Virus record (IMG/VR): IMGVR_UViG_3300049044_000117
Coordinates: 1-41,780 of that record
Reading direction: 5' to 3' (one strand)
DNA length: 41,780 nt
Source: a virus
Lineage: Duplodnaviria; Caudoviricetes
Part shown: one piece after another, positions 18,269-27,773 of the stretch
How the letters are laid out: each line of letters starts with the position of its first letter
Position numbering within the stretch: position 1 is the stretch's first letter
The notes under the pieces: generated by a model
What the model saw: only the letters and a program-made list of their open reading frames with translations
What the model was told of the DNA's origin: nothing
Databases searched by the model: none
Position numbers and translations under genes: made by a program

Positions 18269-18792
18269 CAGCTAAATTTTTCGGGTTTGAATTTGAGATT
18301 TTGATTACCTGCCTTCATGAATTGAAGGTCTACCCGGGCACCGTAGTACTTTCCGCAGATATCACCCACCTTTTCGATGTGAATTGTGTTTAGGTCCAAC
18401 CGATATGTGGCAATTGCTTTGTTGGCATTAAATTCATTCTTAAGATATCCCAGGATGTCTTCCCCGACCTCTTCCATCTTGTCAATCTTTTCCTCCTGGT
18501 CTTGGAAGTTTCCTTTCTCCGGAAGATCCAAAAGGATGTAAGAAGCATTGTAAACCTTCCATGTATGGTCACTTCCATTGTTTTCGAAGTCGGCATCGTA
18601 GCTGATCGAAAGCATAAAAGGGAACTGCATGCTGGATTTTAAAGAGTTCAAAAACTCTTCGATGATCAGCTTATTAAAAGGATCAGCACTCAGGATTAAT
18701 CTTGCAAAGTGCATTGATTCTCCGGAGTGCTGTATATCGATGTGCTTTTCGGCAATTGTCCGGAAAAGGGTAGTGTATTCTGAATGTCTCAT
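18268..18792 (-). CDS. Putative tail terminator-like protein
   Basis: 174 aa acidic protein in the tail operon. Assignment is positional. Confidence 0.5.
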   Translation of the reverse strand: MRHSEYTTLFRTIAEKHIDIQHSGESMHFARLILSADPFNKLIIEEFLNSLKSSMQFPFMLSISYDADFENNGSDHTWKVYNASYILLDLPEKGNFQDQEEKIDKMEEVGEDILGYLKNEFNANKAIATYRLDLNTIHIEKVGDICGKYYGARVDLQFMKAGNQNLKFKPEKFS

Positions 18793-19652
18793 TTGTTCTC
18801 AAGTTGTTCCTGTGCCTGCAGCTGCATATCCATTTGCAGGAAAATGGTGTGGATGTATTCGTCTGAGGTTTGCTCTACAGTGCCGAACTTCTCACCGGCC
18901 ATGCTTACAATGAGGCCAGCCCAGCCGTAATTTTTTGATTTTGCTTTGTGTTGTTTCTCTTTTGAGAAGGCATAGTTGTAGGTTCTTTCGAGTCGGCTTC
19001 TGCAGGCCGTATACCAGAGAAGTATTGCCTGTTTTTCGAGTAACGGAAGTTTCTTTATTTGTTTTGCCCGGTCTTCTATTGTGTGTTGATTGAGCTTTTC
19101 ACGCTTGTCAGCTAGATCTTTTACAGCTGCTGCAGGTCGATACAATACCGCAATCATTTTGTCGAGATTCTCTTCCTCTTTGCTCATCCGGTACCGCATG
19201 TAGTAGCTATCGCAGAATGAAAACTCAAGCAGTCGAAGGTTTTGAAAATCGTCTGACGGGCCATAGAGATTTTTCCGGAAGATGGAAGTGCTAATACTGT
19301 CCAGGTGGTTTTTGGAAAGCGTACTCTTTTCTTTGAATAGGAAGTTGGAAAGTGACAGGATCTGTATCCCCTGCACAAAAGTCATGTCGAAAGGCTTTTT
19401 GTTATCGACGCTGCAGGTGAGCATCGCATCATCCATGTGTTTCTTGGCAATTGCCATTGACACAGTTTTCCCATGGACTGTCGTCCGGATGAATTTCAAT
19501 TTCAGGAAATGGTAAATGAAAAGCGCCTGCTGCTTACTCTGATTGCCAACTGTAAGGAACATATTCACCACATACAAATAGGATTTGCGATCGAGCTCAT
19601 CCCAGTCTGCAGGAATAGTTTTCTTGTACTTGCCTATCTGAATTGTGTTCAT
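18789..19652 (-). CDS. Conserved tail-assembly (chaperone-like) protein
   Basis: IPADWDEL and IAVLYRP motifs. The start MNTIQ at 19652 follows the late-promoter motif. Confidence 0.55.
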   Translation of the reverse strand: MNTIQIGKYKKTIPADWDELDRKSYLYVVNMFLTVGNQSKQQALFIYHFLKLKFIRTTVHGKTVSMAIAKKHMDDAMLTCSVDNKKPFDMTFVQGIQILSLSNFLFKEKSTLSKNHLDSISTSIFRKNLYGPSDDFQNLRLLEFSFCDSYYMRYRMSKEEENLDKMIAVLYRPAAAVKDLADKREKLNQHTIEDRAKQIKKLPLLEKQAILLWYTACRSRLERTYNYAFSKEKQHKAKSKNYGWAGLIVSMAGEKFGTVEQTSDEYIHTIFLQMDMQLQAQEQLENK

Positions 19653-19657
19653 GGTCA

Positions 19658-19699
19658 CAAATGTGCTCCATGGCAATTGCTGAAAAAAGGACAGGGATT
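19658..19699 (-). promoter_or_regulatory. Putative late promoter TGTCC-N27-TTTG
   Basis: Minus strand reads aatccctgtccttttttcagcaattgccatggagcacatttg, then tgacc-ATG. Confidence 0.75.
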
Positions 19700-19725
19700 T
19701 GAGAGGTGTTTGCTAGATTTAGGGA

Positions 19726-19923
19726 ATGGGAAAAAAAGACTTGGATAAGTTCATTGATTTATATCAATCATTAGGTATAACAGTGAAACCAATTAAAAGA
19801 GAGAATGGAGAGCTTTATATAAAGCTTGATCAAGGAGATGGATTCATTGGATATGGATTTTTTTATTCTATCATCGATTTTGATAGGGACGGTAAATTTA
19901 TATCTCAAGGGTTTTGGGAATAA
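19726..19923 (+). CDS. Moron-like hypothetical protein
   Basis: AT-rich 65 aa ORF on the opposite strand, in a gap in the late region. Confidence 0.7.
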   Translation: MGKKDLDKFIDLYQSLGITVKPIKRENGELYIKLDQGDGFIGYGFFYSIIDFDRDGKFISQGFWE

Positions 19924-19935
19924 AAAAAGCTAATC

Positions 19936-20154
19936 ATGGAAATAAAGGAAATTAAAACTGTCATATACTACACCATTGAAGTTGTCGAAAATGGGAATAC
20001 CGACTATTACAGAAGAAGTTGGCAGTCTAATAGCTGGGAAGTATTAATGGGTGATAGCTGGGAAGACCTTCTTGAGTCCGAAGAACTGGAAAAGTTATTC
20101 CAGGAATGGACGCCAAGAGCAATAAGCACTGACTTGTTGGATCGAATAATTTAA
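19936..20154 (+). CDS. Moron-like hypothetical protein
   Basis: 72 aa acidic, Trp-rich ORF following 19726..19923. Confidence 0.7.
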   Translation: MEIKEIKTVIYYTIEVVENGNTDYYRRSWQSNSWEVLMGDSWEDLLESEELEKLFQEWTPRAISTDLLDRII

Positions 20155-20429
20155 ATTCCCTTGTTCTTTAGAAATGCCCTTCCATTGACGTCGGTCAAGA
20201 TATCTGTACACTTCAACAATTCAATGAATCCTTTGTGCCCCAAGTACTCATACACGTCTTCTAGCTTTTGACCAACTAGAATCATTTGTTGTCTCTTGTG
20301 TTTCACATCAGGTAAGGAGTCAAATGCTTCTTGCATTTTCTTTAGAGTAATGGCATCGCTCATCTCGACTGGTTTTCCTTCCGTGGCAAAAGCTTCTTTC
20401 ATTAAAGCATAAAATCCTTTTTGTTGCAT
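20151..20429 (-). CDS. Hypothetical protein
   Basis: 92 aa ORF after the spanin. Confidence 0.6.
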   Translation of the reverse strand: MQQKGFYALMKEAFATEGKPVEMSDAITLKKMQEAFDSLPDVKHKRQQMILVGQKLEDVYEYLGHKGFIELLKCTDILTDVNGRAFLKNKGI

Positions 20430-20430
20430 T

Positions 20431-20898
20431 TTAAATGAAGATCTTCCTTAAAAATAGATACCCCGCTAAACAAGTTGCAACAATCGCATAAATAATCAAA
20501 GGCACTACCCACCACGGCCACATTACTATCTTTTTCTCAACCACCCTATCCTTCCATTTTACTGTATCCTTGCAAGGCACTGGAACCCAAACAGTATCTT
20601 TTTGACTATTGGTGATGTTGAGATTGTTGCCTTTAACTGTGGCAGTCGTAGTCTTCTTATCTACTTTGAAAACCTTCTGGAAAGGAACAGGCTTATTACT
20701 TTTCTTGTCACACTCGATCGTGACGTCAAAACTGTTTTCTGAAGGTGGAAAACCAACAGGTACGTTCCGGATCTTCTCAATAGTTCCTTCCCTGGTGACA
20801 TCTGTTGTCTTCTTAACACAGGATATCAGGAAAAGAATCAGGATTGCAAATAATACAATCGAAGTGACCCGGAGGTGGAAAACAGTTTTGTAGCTCAT
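20431..20898 (-). CDS. Putative unimolecular spanin
   Basis: N-terminal lipobox (LFLISC), a beta-rich middle, and a C-terminal TM helix (WPWWVVPLIIYAIVATCLAGYLFL). Confidence 0.7.
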   Translation of the reverse strand: MSYKTVFHLRVTSIVLFAILILFLISCVKKTTDVTREGTIEKIRNVPVGFPPSENSFDVTIECDKKSNKPVPFQKVFKVDKKTTTATVKGNNLNITNSQKDTVWVPVPCKDTVKWKDRVVEKKIVMWPWWVVPLIIYAIVATCLAGYLFLRKIFI

Positions 20899-21047
20899 TT
20901 CTTTTTTGGTTTTGGAGGTATTGGAGAGAGGTGAGGATATTGTTCAATTCTTTTCGGTCTATTCAGGTCCTTCATTAGCCAATACATACAGGCCATGCCT
21001 ATTACATAGCCAATGATCACTCCGATTAATCCAAATACATATTCCAT
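20895..21047 (-). CDS. 50-aa single-TM protein (not in the ORF track)
   Basis: MEYVFGLIGVIIGYVIGMACMYWLMKDLNRPKRIEQYPHLSPIPPKPKKK, overlapping the stop/start codons of both neighbours. Confidence 0.7.
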   Translation of the reverse strand: MEYVFGLIGVIIGYVIGMACMYWLMKDLNRPKRIEQYPHLSPIPPKPKKK

Positions 21048-21421
21048 CACGGCGTCTTTTTAGATTTGACTTTCTCTATCATCCCGGCAATTATGGTTGC
21101 TTCAGCACCCACAGATCCTAGAAAAGTATATGCATAGATTAGCTCAGGATACTTCCATCCCAAGGCTCCGGACGTGATGATCAGGTAGAAGAAAATTATG
21201 ATGAAACAGACAAGTGCCAGATATCCCAGAGCGATCCTGAGTTCATGGATATCAATGAAACCATCTTCACCCTTCAAAGCGCCTTGGATCCATGTCCAAT
21301 TTTTTCTGATCATCAAAAACCAAGGTAATACCAGGATCAAAAGAATGATCACAGATGCAATCAAATTGGTGATGAGGATTGCTATCCTGGTTTGATCTGA
21401 TATTCCTACTATCGTTTCCAT
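21047..21421 (-). CDS. Putative holin
   Basis: 124 aa with about three TM segments and a basic C-terminus, next to the spanin. Confidence 0.6.
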   Translation of the reverse strand: METIVGISDQTRIAILITNLIASVIILLILVLPWFLMIRKNWTWIQGALKGEDGFIDIHELRIALGYLALVCFIIIFFYLIITSGALGWKYPELIYAYTFLGSVGAEATIIAGMIEKVKSKKTP

Positions 21422-22438
21422 TTAAAATGCCCTATATATTTTGTTAGATTCTGTGTTCGTTATGACGGTTTTGTCTCCGGATGAGGGAGCAGTGTAGGAT
21501 TCAGAGTTAAAGTAGCTAGCATATTTGTCAGCTGCAGCAACTTTGTTGAGGTAGTCTTTAAGATCTTTCAGGTACGTTTCCCCTTTTTGCTTAGCCTGCT
21601 TTTGCTTGTTACCGAGCAGCTCTGCCTGTGCTGTGGATTTTGTATTGCTAGCCTGGCCAGTGGAGTATTGATTGATGACAAAAGCATTTCCAATAAACTC
21701 GACACTCAGATCATCGATCGCAGCGGCAATTGTCAAATGAGCAACTGCAGGAACGATGTAAGTCATAACCTTTTTATGATCATCGGATAATGCTGCCCCA
21801 GACTTGATGGCTGTTTTGATCTCATCAAAGAATGTATCTGAGAGGGCCGGCCTAATCTTGAAATCTTCCACGGTTCTCATCACCGTTTCAAGTGCCAGGA
21901 ATGTTAACCTAGACTCATTGATCCGATAGTATTTGTTGAATTCAGCAGCGCTGTTGATGAAGTATTCTTTGAACTGGGTGTAAGCAGAAGAACCTTTCCA
22001 GGTTGGATAGGCGTCCTTATTCTCTTCCAGGAAGGAGAGTAACGCCTCTAACCCATTGAATCCTTTCTTCAGGAAATAGTCATTCCGAAGATCATTGATT
22101 TGCCATTGGAAAGCTGTCTTATGACTATCATCTGTAACAATCCTGATTCCCTCATCACTCATGTCGACCTGGCCAATGATGGAAAAGTCTGCATAGGCGA
22201 GGTTGGCCAGTGGCATTTGACATTTCTCAAGAAGGTTTTGATGGATGGCAGATAAAGGAGAATCAGCTGTGGCAGCTGTGTAAGCTGTGAGCAAAGCATC
22301 ATACTGTTCTTTGCCCAGGTATTTTTTTATATACGTCTCTTCAGCCTGGTTGATATCAGGCAAAAGAGTTTTGATGTTGCTGGAAAGATTTGCAGAAACA
22401 TACTTCTTGATCTCGTCGATTGTCTTAAACAGAGGCAT
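21422..22438 (-). CDS. Head-tail connector-like protein (DUF6712-like)
   Basis: Internally duplicated helical protein directly after the portal. Family recalled from memory. Confidence 0.6.
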   Translation of the reverse strand: MPLFKTIDEIKKYVSANLSSNIKTLLPDINQAEETYIKKYLGKEQYDALLTAYTAATADSPLSAIHQNLLEKCQMPLANLAYADFSIIGQVDMSDEGIRIVTDDSHKTAFQWQINDLRNDYFLKKGFNGLEALLSFLEENKDAYPTWKGSSAYTQFKEYFINSAAEFNKYYRINESRLTFLALETVMRTVEDFKIRPALSDTFFDEIKTAIKSGAALSDDHKKVMTYIVPAVAHLTIAAAIDDLSVEFIGNAFVINQYSTGQASNTKSTAQAELLGNKQKQAKQKGETYLKDLKDYLNKVAAADKYASYFNSESYTAPSSGDKTVITNTESNKIYRAF

Positions 22439-23768
22439 TGCTGATGGATCGGTTTTCTGGTTTTACTTTATCTGCAGTCTTGAGCCTGCTGTATCTTATT
22501 TTAAATCGCCTGCTCTCTGGCCAGCCGTTATAATCTCGGATTTGGTTGAGCGGTTCCAGGACAATATCCCTGTGAGAATTACATGCTTCCTGATACATGT
22601 TGAACATTTCCCGTACATCAGATCCACCGCCACCATTCAAGCCCTTTCCAGGAGTGATTCCCGCAAATGCTGTAGGATATCCGAGAGAAAACAGAATGTG
22701 CGAACTTGCTTCCTGACTGTCTTCCATGTATGTGTTATTGCTGTTCTTTTCTCCAAGAGGTGTGATGATCCACTTTCCAAACTCTTTTCCTGTCTGCGGC
22801 TCTACCTCGTAGGAGGATATGAAAGATTTAAAAGCAGCTTTTCTTCCTGTCATCACCTTTTCAAATAAGGTGAGCTCAGCATCGATCAGAGCAATCTTTT
22901 CTTTATCCTCCTTACTATCCCAGTCGCTGAACTTCCAGGTCCAGTATGAATCCGGGATTTGCACATGGTACTTCAGAGTAATCTGATTATCGTACATGTA
23001 TTTTTTCAGTTCCGGAACAGACTGAGCGACGTCTAACCAATTACTCGTCCTGATGGAATTCCAATGTGCAAGCTGATAAAGCGACTTTCCTGGTGTCGGA
23101 TAGGAGAGAGGATAAATTAATTTGTGCTCTCCGGACTCTCTGATGCTTGTGGTTACATCGTAATAGGGATCTATAACCGCCACCTTAGTGTTTAAATCAT
23201 CCTCAGCGTTAGTATAGGAAGTCCAGTTGGCATTGATGTAGCAGTATTCTACAAGGCCATTGTTAGGATTTTGCTTTTGCCATCGGCAATAGGCGGCTTC
23301 CTGAGTGGATAGGGCAACTATTTTCTTCCTGTCTTTCGACAAGATCATTTCCGGAAACACATTGAAGAACCAATACAAATCAGAAGCGGCTTCAAAAACG
23401 TATCGGTTTATGTTCGATCGCTTGATGAAATCGTAGATCTCTTTGTCGTAAATCGGTTTGGTAATCTCGTTCCCCTCATCGTCATACTCGCCCGTGAAAT
23501 CAGCAACGTAAAGGCCTCCAGCATATAGGAGCTCCGCTTTTTTGCCAAGGGTTGTAGGAATGATGGTGTTTTTGCTGCATTCTTCGATTACATTCTGAGG
23601 AAAGAGATTGTCTTCTCCCCATTTTGCAATACTTCCGATGTTTGCTTTGCTGTCATCCTTCACAAGAGGAATAGACGGCAATGATTCAGTAGTAACCAGG
23701 GCACTCATTCCTGGTATTACGGCCTTCATTTGGCCATTCTGTCCTAATATAATTTGAGCTTTTGCCAT
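22425..23768 (-). CDS. Portal protein
   Basis: WGEDNLFP and GGGSDVRE motifs, 447 aa, positioned after the large terminase. Confidence 0.75.
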   Translation of the reverse strand: MAKAQIILGQNGQMKAVIPGMSALVTTESLPSIPLVKDDSKANIGSIAKWGEDNLFPQNVIEECSKNTIIPTTLGKKAELLYAGGLYVADFTGEYDDEGNEITKPIYDKEIYDFIKRSNINRYVFEAASDLYWFFNVFPEMILSKDRKKIVALSTQEAAYCRWQKQNPNNGLVEYCYINANWTSYTNAEDDLNTKVAVIDPYYDVTTSIRESGEHKLIYPLSYPTPGKSLYQLAHWNSIRTSNWLDVAQSVPELKKYMYDNQITLKYHVQIPDSYWTWKFSDWDSKEDKEKIALIDAELTLFEKVMTGRKAAFKSFISSYEVEPQTGKEFGKWIITPLGEKNSNNTYMEDSQEASSHILFSLGYPTAFAGITPGKGLNGGGGSDVREMFNMYQEACNSHRDIVLEPLNQIRDYNGWPESRRFKIRYSRLKTADKVKPENRSISNASV

Positions 23769-24083
23769 CTAGTAGACTACTTTTTTATTATTGAATTGAG
23801 TGATTAGCCGGATATGGATTTTCGTGAGCCGAGTTGCCCCTTTCACGAAGATGTTCCTGGTACCATTGTAGGAGTGGTTTGGGTTTTTAGTAGTAGCTGA
23901 AGGCTCAACATCTTTCCTTTCTTCCGGATCCTTACCACTTAAGTAGCCCGATTGCAAGCAATTCTCCATCCGGATCAGATTCCCTCCGGTCTTCCTCTTC
24001 TTGTCGGCAGTAACAAAAGCAATTGAAAAGGGAGTTGGTTTCTCCATCAGATCCAGGGCATCCCTTAGCCTAATTATTTCCAT
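23769..24083 (-). CDS. Conserved hypothetical phage protein
   Basis: FSIAFVTAD...NPNH..NGTRNI, directly upstream of the portal. Confidence 0.7.
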   Translation of the reverse strand: MEIIRLRDALDLMEKPTPFSIAFVTADKKRKTGGNLIRMENCLQSGYLSGKDPEERKDVEPSATTKNPNHSYNGTRNIFVKGATRLTKIHIRLITQFNNKKVVY

Positions 24084-24097
24084 TCTGAATTTTTCTG

Positions 24098-24140
24098 CTA
24101 AGTACTTGCCGAAGCGGCAGGAAAAAAAGGACAGGGTTTT
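24098..24140 (-). promoter_or_regulatory. Putative late promoter TGTCC-N27-TTAG
   Basis: Same motif and spacing as at 19658, upstream of the portal operon. Confidence 0.7.
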
Positions 24141-24270
24141 AATGGAGAAATCAGCGGAAAAACGCTCAATCCGATTTTTTTTTTATAAACAGCTAGTTTT
24201 CAATCAGTTTTTTTAAAAATGGTCTTTTCCAGTCCGATTTTCTGCAAAAGAACCCAGCCACGCACTGAAG

Positions 24271-24292
24271 TCGATCGACAATTGTCGATCGA
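24271..24292. repeat. Perfect 22-bp palindrome
   Basis: tcgatcgacaa|ttgtcgatcga in the intergenic gap after the large terminase. Confidence 0.85.
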
Positions 24293-24321
24293 TATAAAAT
24301 ACGGTTATATGAGGGAGGCCG

Positions 24322-25959
24322 CTAGGACTGTGGCATTGGGACGAATGAAGACCGTTTCCTTATGATGAATGAGAATAGGTCTTGTACGAGTATATCAGCG
24401 GTGTCACTGTAGTGTGTGGCCTGCTCTTGTGGTACATTTTCGTTACGTTCAGATGATTTGTTCTTTTGTATGCCCTTAGGGCCTTCTATGGCTGGCGCCT
24501 GTAACATAGATATCTGGAGCTCCTTGGTGTTGTTCTTGTTGAACATTACCATTGGCATACGTGGGTCTTGTCTCTGCAGTAGTTTATACCACAATAGGTA
24601 CTTCTCTTGATGTGTAGGTGCAGCCTTGTTCTTGCTTCTCATAATCACCTTCCATCCACCCTTCTTAAGGATGTCAGCGAACTGCTCTGCATAGGTACGG
24701 TTACTATTAGCCAGGTTAGTGTTACCAGTGTGGTCATAGGCAAAGTGTACCTCCTTACATGTATGGTGCTGGTAGTAGTCCAGGAACTTCTTGGCAAGGT
24801 GGTCTAGTAGCTCAGGGTGCAGCACGTGCATACACTTGAGGAACTTGAATGTGTTGATGCTACTGAACCATTGGCCTATGCTCATACAGTTGATCTTACT
24901 ACCCCAGTCTACTGCTATACGTAGGGGTTGCGATTTAACGCAATCCTCATCCATACGAGAGTCTACTATTTTGGTCTTGTTGAAGTCGTAGTCCAGGCTG
25001 TCCAGGTAGGAGTTGTTGTACGAGGTGTAGGTGTGGACATCCAGATCGAGCATAGGGTAAAAACCGCCCTCTATAGTGTCTGGGCGCTTGTTCAGGATCT
25101 CTGTCTCGAAGATGTAGTCGGGCATGATCCGCTTCATCCTTTTAATGTATTCTGTGCCCAAAACTGCAATATTGTCGAGCGTCGAAGCTTCGCTATAGTA
25201 GATACAATTGAATCTCATCTGATGCAATTGCTCATTCAGCTTGTTGATGCTTCTAAGAATTGCCTTTCGGGTGGTCTCTGTTTTTGCTTGTTCAAATTGG
25301 CCCTGTAGGAGCAAAATTTCTGCGTTGATCAAAAGCATAATTTTGATTTGCTCCGGATCCATTTCTTCGCGCTTTTTTAGGATCCATTTTGCGTCTGCAG
25401 CTGTGGGCATACTGGTAGTAAAAGTGATGCTCCAGTGACATGGCAAATGCTTGAATTTTGGACGGTTTGCCCGCATTGTTGGCAATGTCTCATCCAGGAA
25501 CTGCTGATATTTTAAGTATTTGGCCTCGTCGCCCTCAATCCAGTCGGAGTTGATACCATTTGAGGATCCTTTCCTATCCTGGCTCACCAGGTGAATCCCG
25601 GATCCATTGCAAAAGGCAATGTAGTGATCATAGGAAACAGGCGCTTCTATAGGATCAGGCCATTTCCACGCTCTTGGCGGTTTTCGGCCGATGAAATAAT
25701 GTTTGTCTTTGATCAGGCCCAATTTTGACCATCCTTCTATCCTGGAAGGTAGTGTCCTGGTGAGCAGCTGCTGATATGTTTCGCCAATACTGATTCCTGA
25801 GCTTCCAGGCATTTCTTTTATGTTCCGGAAGCTTCTCCTGGATAAAGGTCCAGACGTCTTGCCGGTACCACGACCCCAAACGCCATAAAACTCATTCGCA
25901 TCAATGAAAGCTTCGTGTGCCTGGGGTTTATTAAAGAAAATGCTATTCGGTTGACTCAT
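24322..25959 (-). CDS. terL: Terminase large subunit
   Basis: Walker A WGRGTGKT, Walker B WIEGDEA, coupling motif TTS, nuclease motifs AVDWG and HYSDTAD. Confidence 0.9.
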   Translation of the reverse strand: MSQPNSIFFNKPQAHEAFIDANEFYGVWGRGTGKTSGPLSRRSFRNIKEMPGSSGISIGETYQQLLTRTLPSRIEGWSKLGLIKDKHYFIGRKPPRAWKWPDPIEAPVSYDHYIAFCNGSGIHLVSQDRKGSSNGINSDWIEGDEAKYLKYQQFLDETLPTMRANRPKFKHLPCHWSITFTTSMPTAADAKWILKKREEMDPEQIKIMLLINAEILLLQGQFEQAKTETTRKAILRSINKLNEQLHQMRFNCIYYSEASTLDNIAVLGTEYIKRMKRIMPDYIFETEILNKRPDTIEGGFYPMLDLDVHTYTSYNNSYLDSLDYDFNKTKIVDSRMDEDCVKSQPLRIAVDWGSKINCMSIGQWFSSINTFKFLKCMHVLHPELLDHLAKKFLDYYQHHTCKEVHFAYDHTGNTNLANSNRTYAEQFADILKKGGWKVIMRSKNKAAPTHQEKYLLWYKLLQRQDPRMPMVMFNKNNTKELQISMLQAPAIEGPKGIQKNKSSERNENVPQEQATHYSDTADILVQDLFSFIIRKRSSFVPMPQS

Positions 25960-26500
25960 CCAGCTTGATTATTTGGCGTTTCTTTTGATTCCAGGCCTCA
26001 ATCAGCTGATGGACGTTCTCAGGGAGCTCCAGCCCAAAGTCTGAAGGCTTTCCACCGATATTGATATTGATGTTATTGAATACAACCTCCCAGTCCGGAA
26101 GATCTGGATCCTCATTCTCAAATCCTGCAATTTTGTTCATATTGGCCACTGCCTTATTCATGCTAGCCAGGTCTCCTTTTTCTTCGGCCTTGTGATAAAC
26201 TCTTTCAGCTTTTTCATAAAGAAGCATTCTTCTGCCTTCTTTTGAAGCCTTAGTCATATCACCGTAGATCCGGATAGCAATTCGTAGGTCTTCATAGGCA
26301 GTAGATCTGCTTATCTTCATTCCTTTCGTCATGATCTTGGCAGCATCAAGCATGGTATGCTTTCTAAGCAATATAAAAGCGGCTTCAATCCTTCCAATTT
26401 TCTCCTTTTCCTGCTTAGAAAGCTTTACCTTATGTTCCGGCTCAAGAAAATAAGCCCAAACCCTATCTTCAAATGTCTCTGCTCCATTAAGCTTTTTCAT
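25943..26500 (-). CDS. Terminase small subunit (putative)
   Basis: HTH-like ISRSTAYEDL, overlapping the start of terL. Confidence 0.7.
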   Translation of the reverse strand: MKKLNGAETFEDRVWAYFLEPEHKVKLSKQEKEKIGRIEAAFILLRKHTMLDAAKIMTKGMKISRSTAYEDLRIAIRIYGDMTKASKEGRRMLLYEKAERVYHKAEEKGDLASMNKAVANMNKIAGFENEDPDLPDWEVVFNNININIGGKPSDFGLELPENVHQLIEAWNQKKRQIIKLDESTE

Positions 26501-27219
26501 TCAAGCTGCTTTTCCAGTAGTTCCTTTTCTTCTTTCCAGGCTTTTACCTTGGCTGCTTTTTTGGGATTAGATTGATGTTTAGAAATGTAGGATGCAAGAT
26601 TTTTTACCCTGACATGCATCTCATACTTGTCTGTAAGGACTGTTTTTGTGTGAGCAGGTCGCTGATCAGGAAGGGTGCCATGCTGCTCAACATAATTTTT
26701 CGTGTCCAGGAGCTTTTCAATTTGCTCGGTATAATCTAAGATTCCATAAGCTGCAGCTTTTCGTTCTTCATCATTTGGAAAGGCCTCCAGCTGGGAGTGA
26801 AGGATAGTTCTTTTCCTGTAAAGTGGTGTCAGCTGCTCATTGATGTCGTCCAGGATAGGATTATCGAGCGGCTCTTCCTTCATTCCGGATAGTAGTGAAT
26901 CAAATTCGATTCCTTCAGGAAGCGGATCTTTTCTTTCCGAATCTTCGGTTTGACTTTCCGAAACCCTGATTTCGCTTTCCGAGGAATTCAAAACAAAAGG
27001 TAGTAGCTGAAAATCCGGTTCGCCTATTGTTACGCCTGGTACTCCAATTACTACATTACCTGATTCTACCAGTACTTTACACAATTCATAGATCAGTTTG
27101 TCCTTAAGCCGTCCATTTTTAAATAGCTTCTTAAGGTTGTTGTTTCTTCCATATTGTTCGTACAGTTTCCTTCCAATTTCATAGTCCGAAGGATCCTGCA
27201 ACCATTGCTGTAGTGTCAT
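26497..27219 (-). CDS. Conserved hypothetical protein
   Basis: 240 aa helical protein, translationally coupled to both neighbours. Confidence 0.7.
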   Translation of the reverse strand: MTLQQWLQDPSDYEIGRKLYEQYGRNNNLKKLFKNGRLKDKLIYELCKVLVESGNVVIGVPGVTIGEPDFQLLPFVLNSSESEIRVSESQTEDSERKDPLPEGIEFDSLLSGMKEEPLDNPILDDINEQLTPLYRKRTILHSQLEAFPNDEERKAAAYGILDYTEQIEKLLDTKNYVEQHGTLPDQRPAHTKTVLTDKYEMHVRVKNLASYISKHQSNPKKAAKVKAWKEEKELLEKQLE

Positions 27220-27773
27220 TTTATTTCTTTATCAAAAACCAAAATTGTCTTTTCGAACCAGGTACAATTGCCTGCGTGTTTCCTCAGGTAATTGCTCTGC
27301 TCAATATTTAATTTGAATCCTTTTGCCTCGATCTTCTCAATAATATATTCGTTAGGCTTACAATTGACATGACCAAAACCACCCTGTCCAGGAATGCCCC
27401 AACTCAAAATCAATTTGCCCTTACAAACCTTAGTGATGTTGTGTATATAGATATCCTCATAGATCTCCGGGATATGCTCTCCAACCTCCAGGCTGATCAC
27501 CTGGCCATTGAATACAAACTCGTTTTGTTTAGTAAGATCGATCGGAAGGATGTGCTGGCTCAGGCCGATTGATTCTATTCCCGAAGTGCCTTCATAGCTT
27601 AGCACTGTGTATCCTCTTTTCCTCAAAAACTCTGAATAGAATCCAACACCGCACCCGATATCCAGCACAATTGTCTTTTGATCCAAAATATCTTTTAAAG
27701 CAACCGCCAGGGGCAAACTATGTACATGCTCCCAGATTGCTTCACTCAAATCCCATATTCCTGACTGCTTCAT
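27216..27773 (-). CDS. Class I SAM-dependent methyltransferase
   Basis: VLDIGCGVG motif I, SLEVGEHI and PGQGGFGHVN. No DPPY/NPPY or PC DNA-methyltransferase motif. Confidence 0.88.
   Translation of the reverse strand: MKQSGIWDLSEAIWEHVHSLPLAVALKDILDQKTIVLDIGCGVGFYSEFLRKRGYTVLSYEGTSGIESIGLSQHILPIDLTKQNEFVFNGQVISLEVGEHIPEIYEDIYIHNITKVCKGKLILSWGIPGQGGFGHVNCKPNEYIIEKIEAKGFKLNIEQSNYLRKHAGNCTWFEKTILVFDKEIK

Noticed and set aside
27216-27773. DNA methyltransferase or restriction-modification component
   Set aside because: It lacks DPPY/NPPY and PC catalytic motifs and is too short to hold a target-recognition domain.
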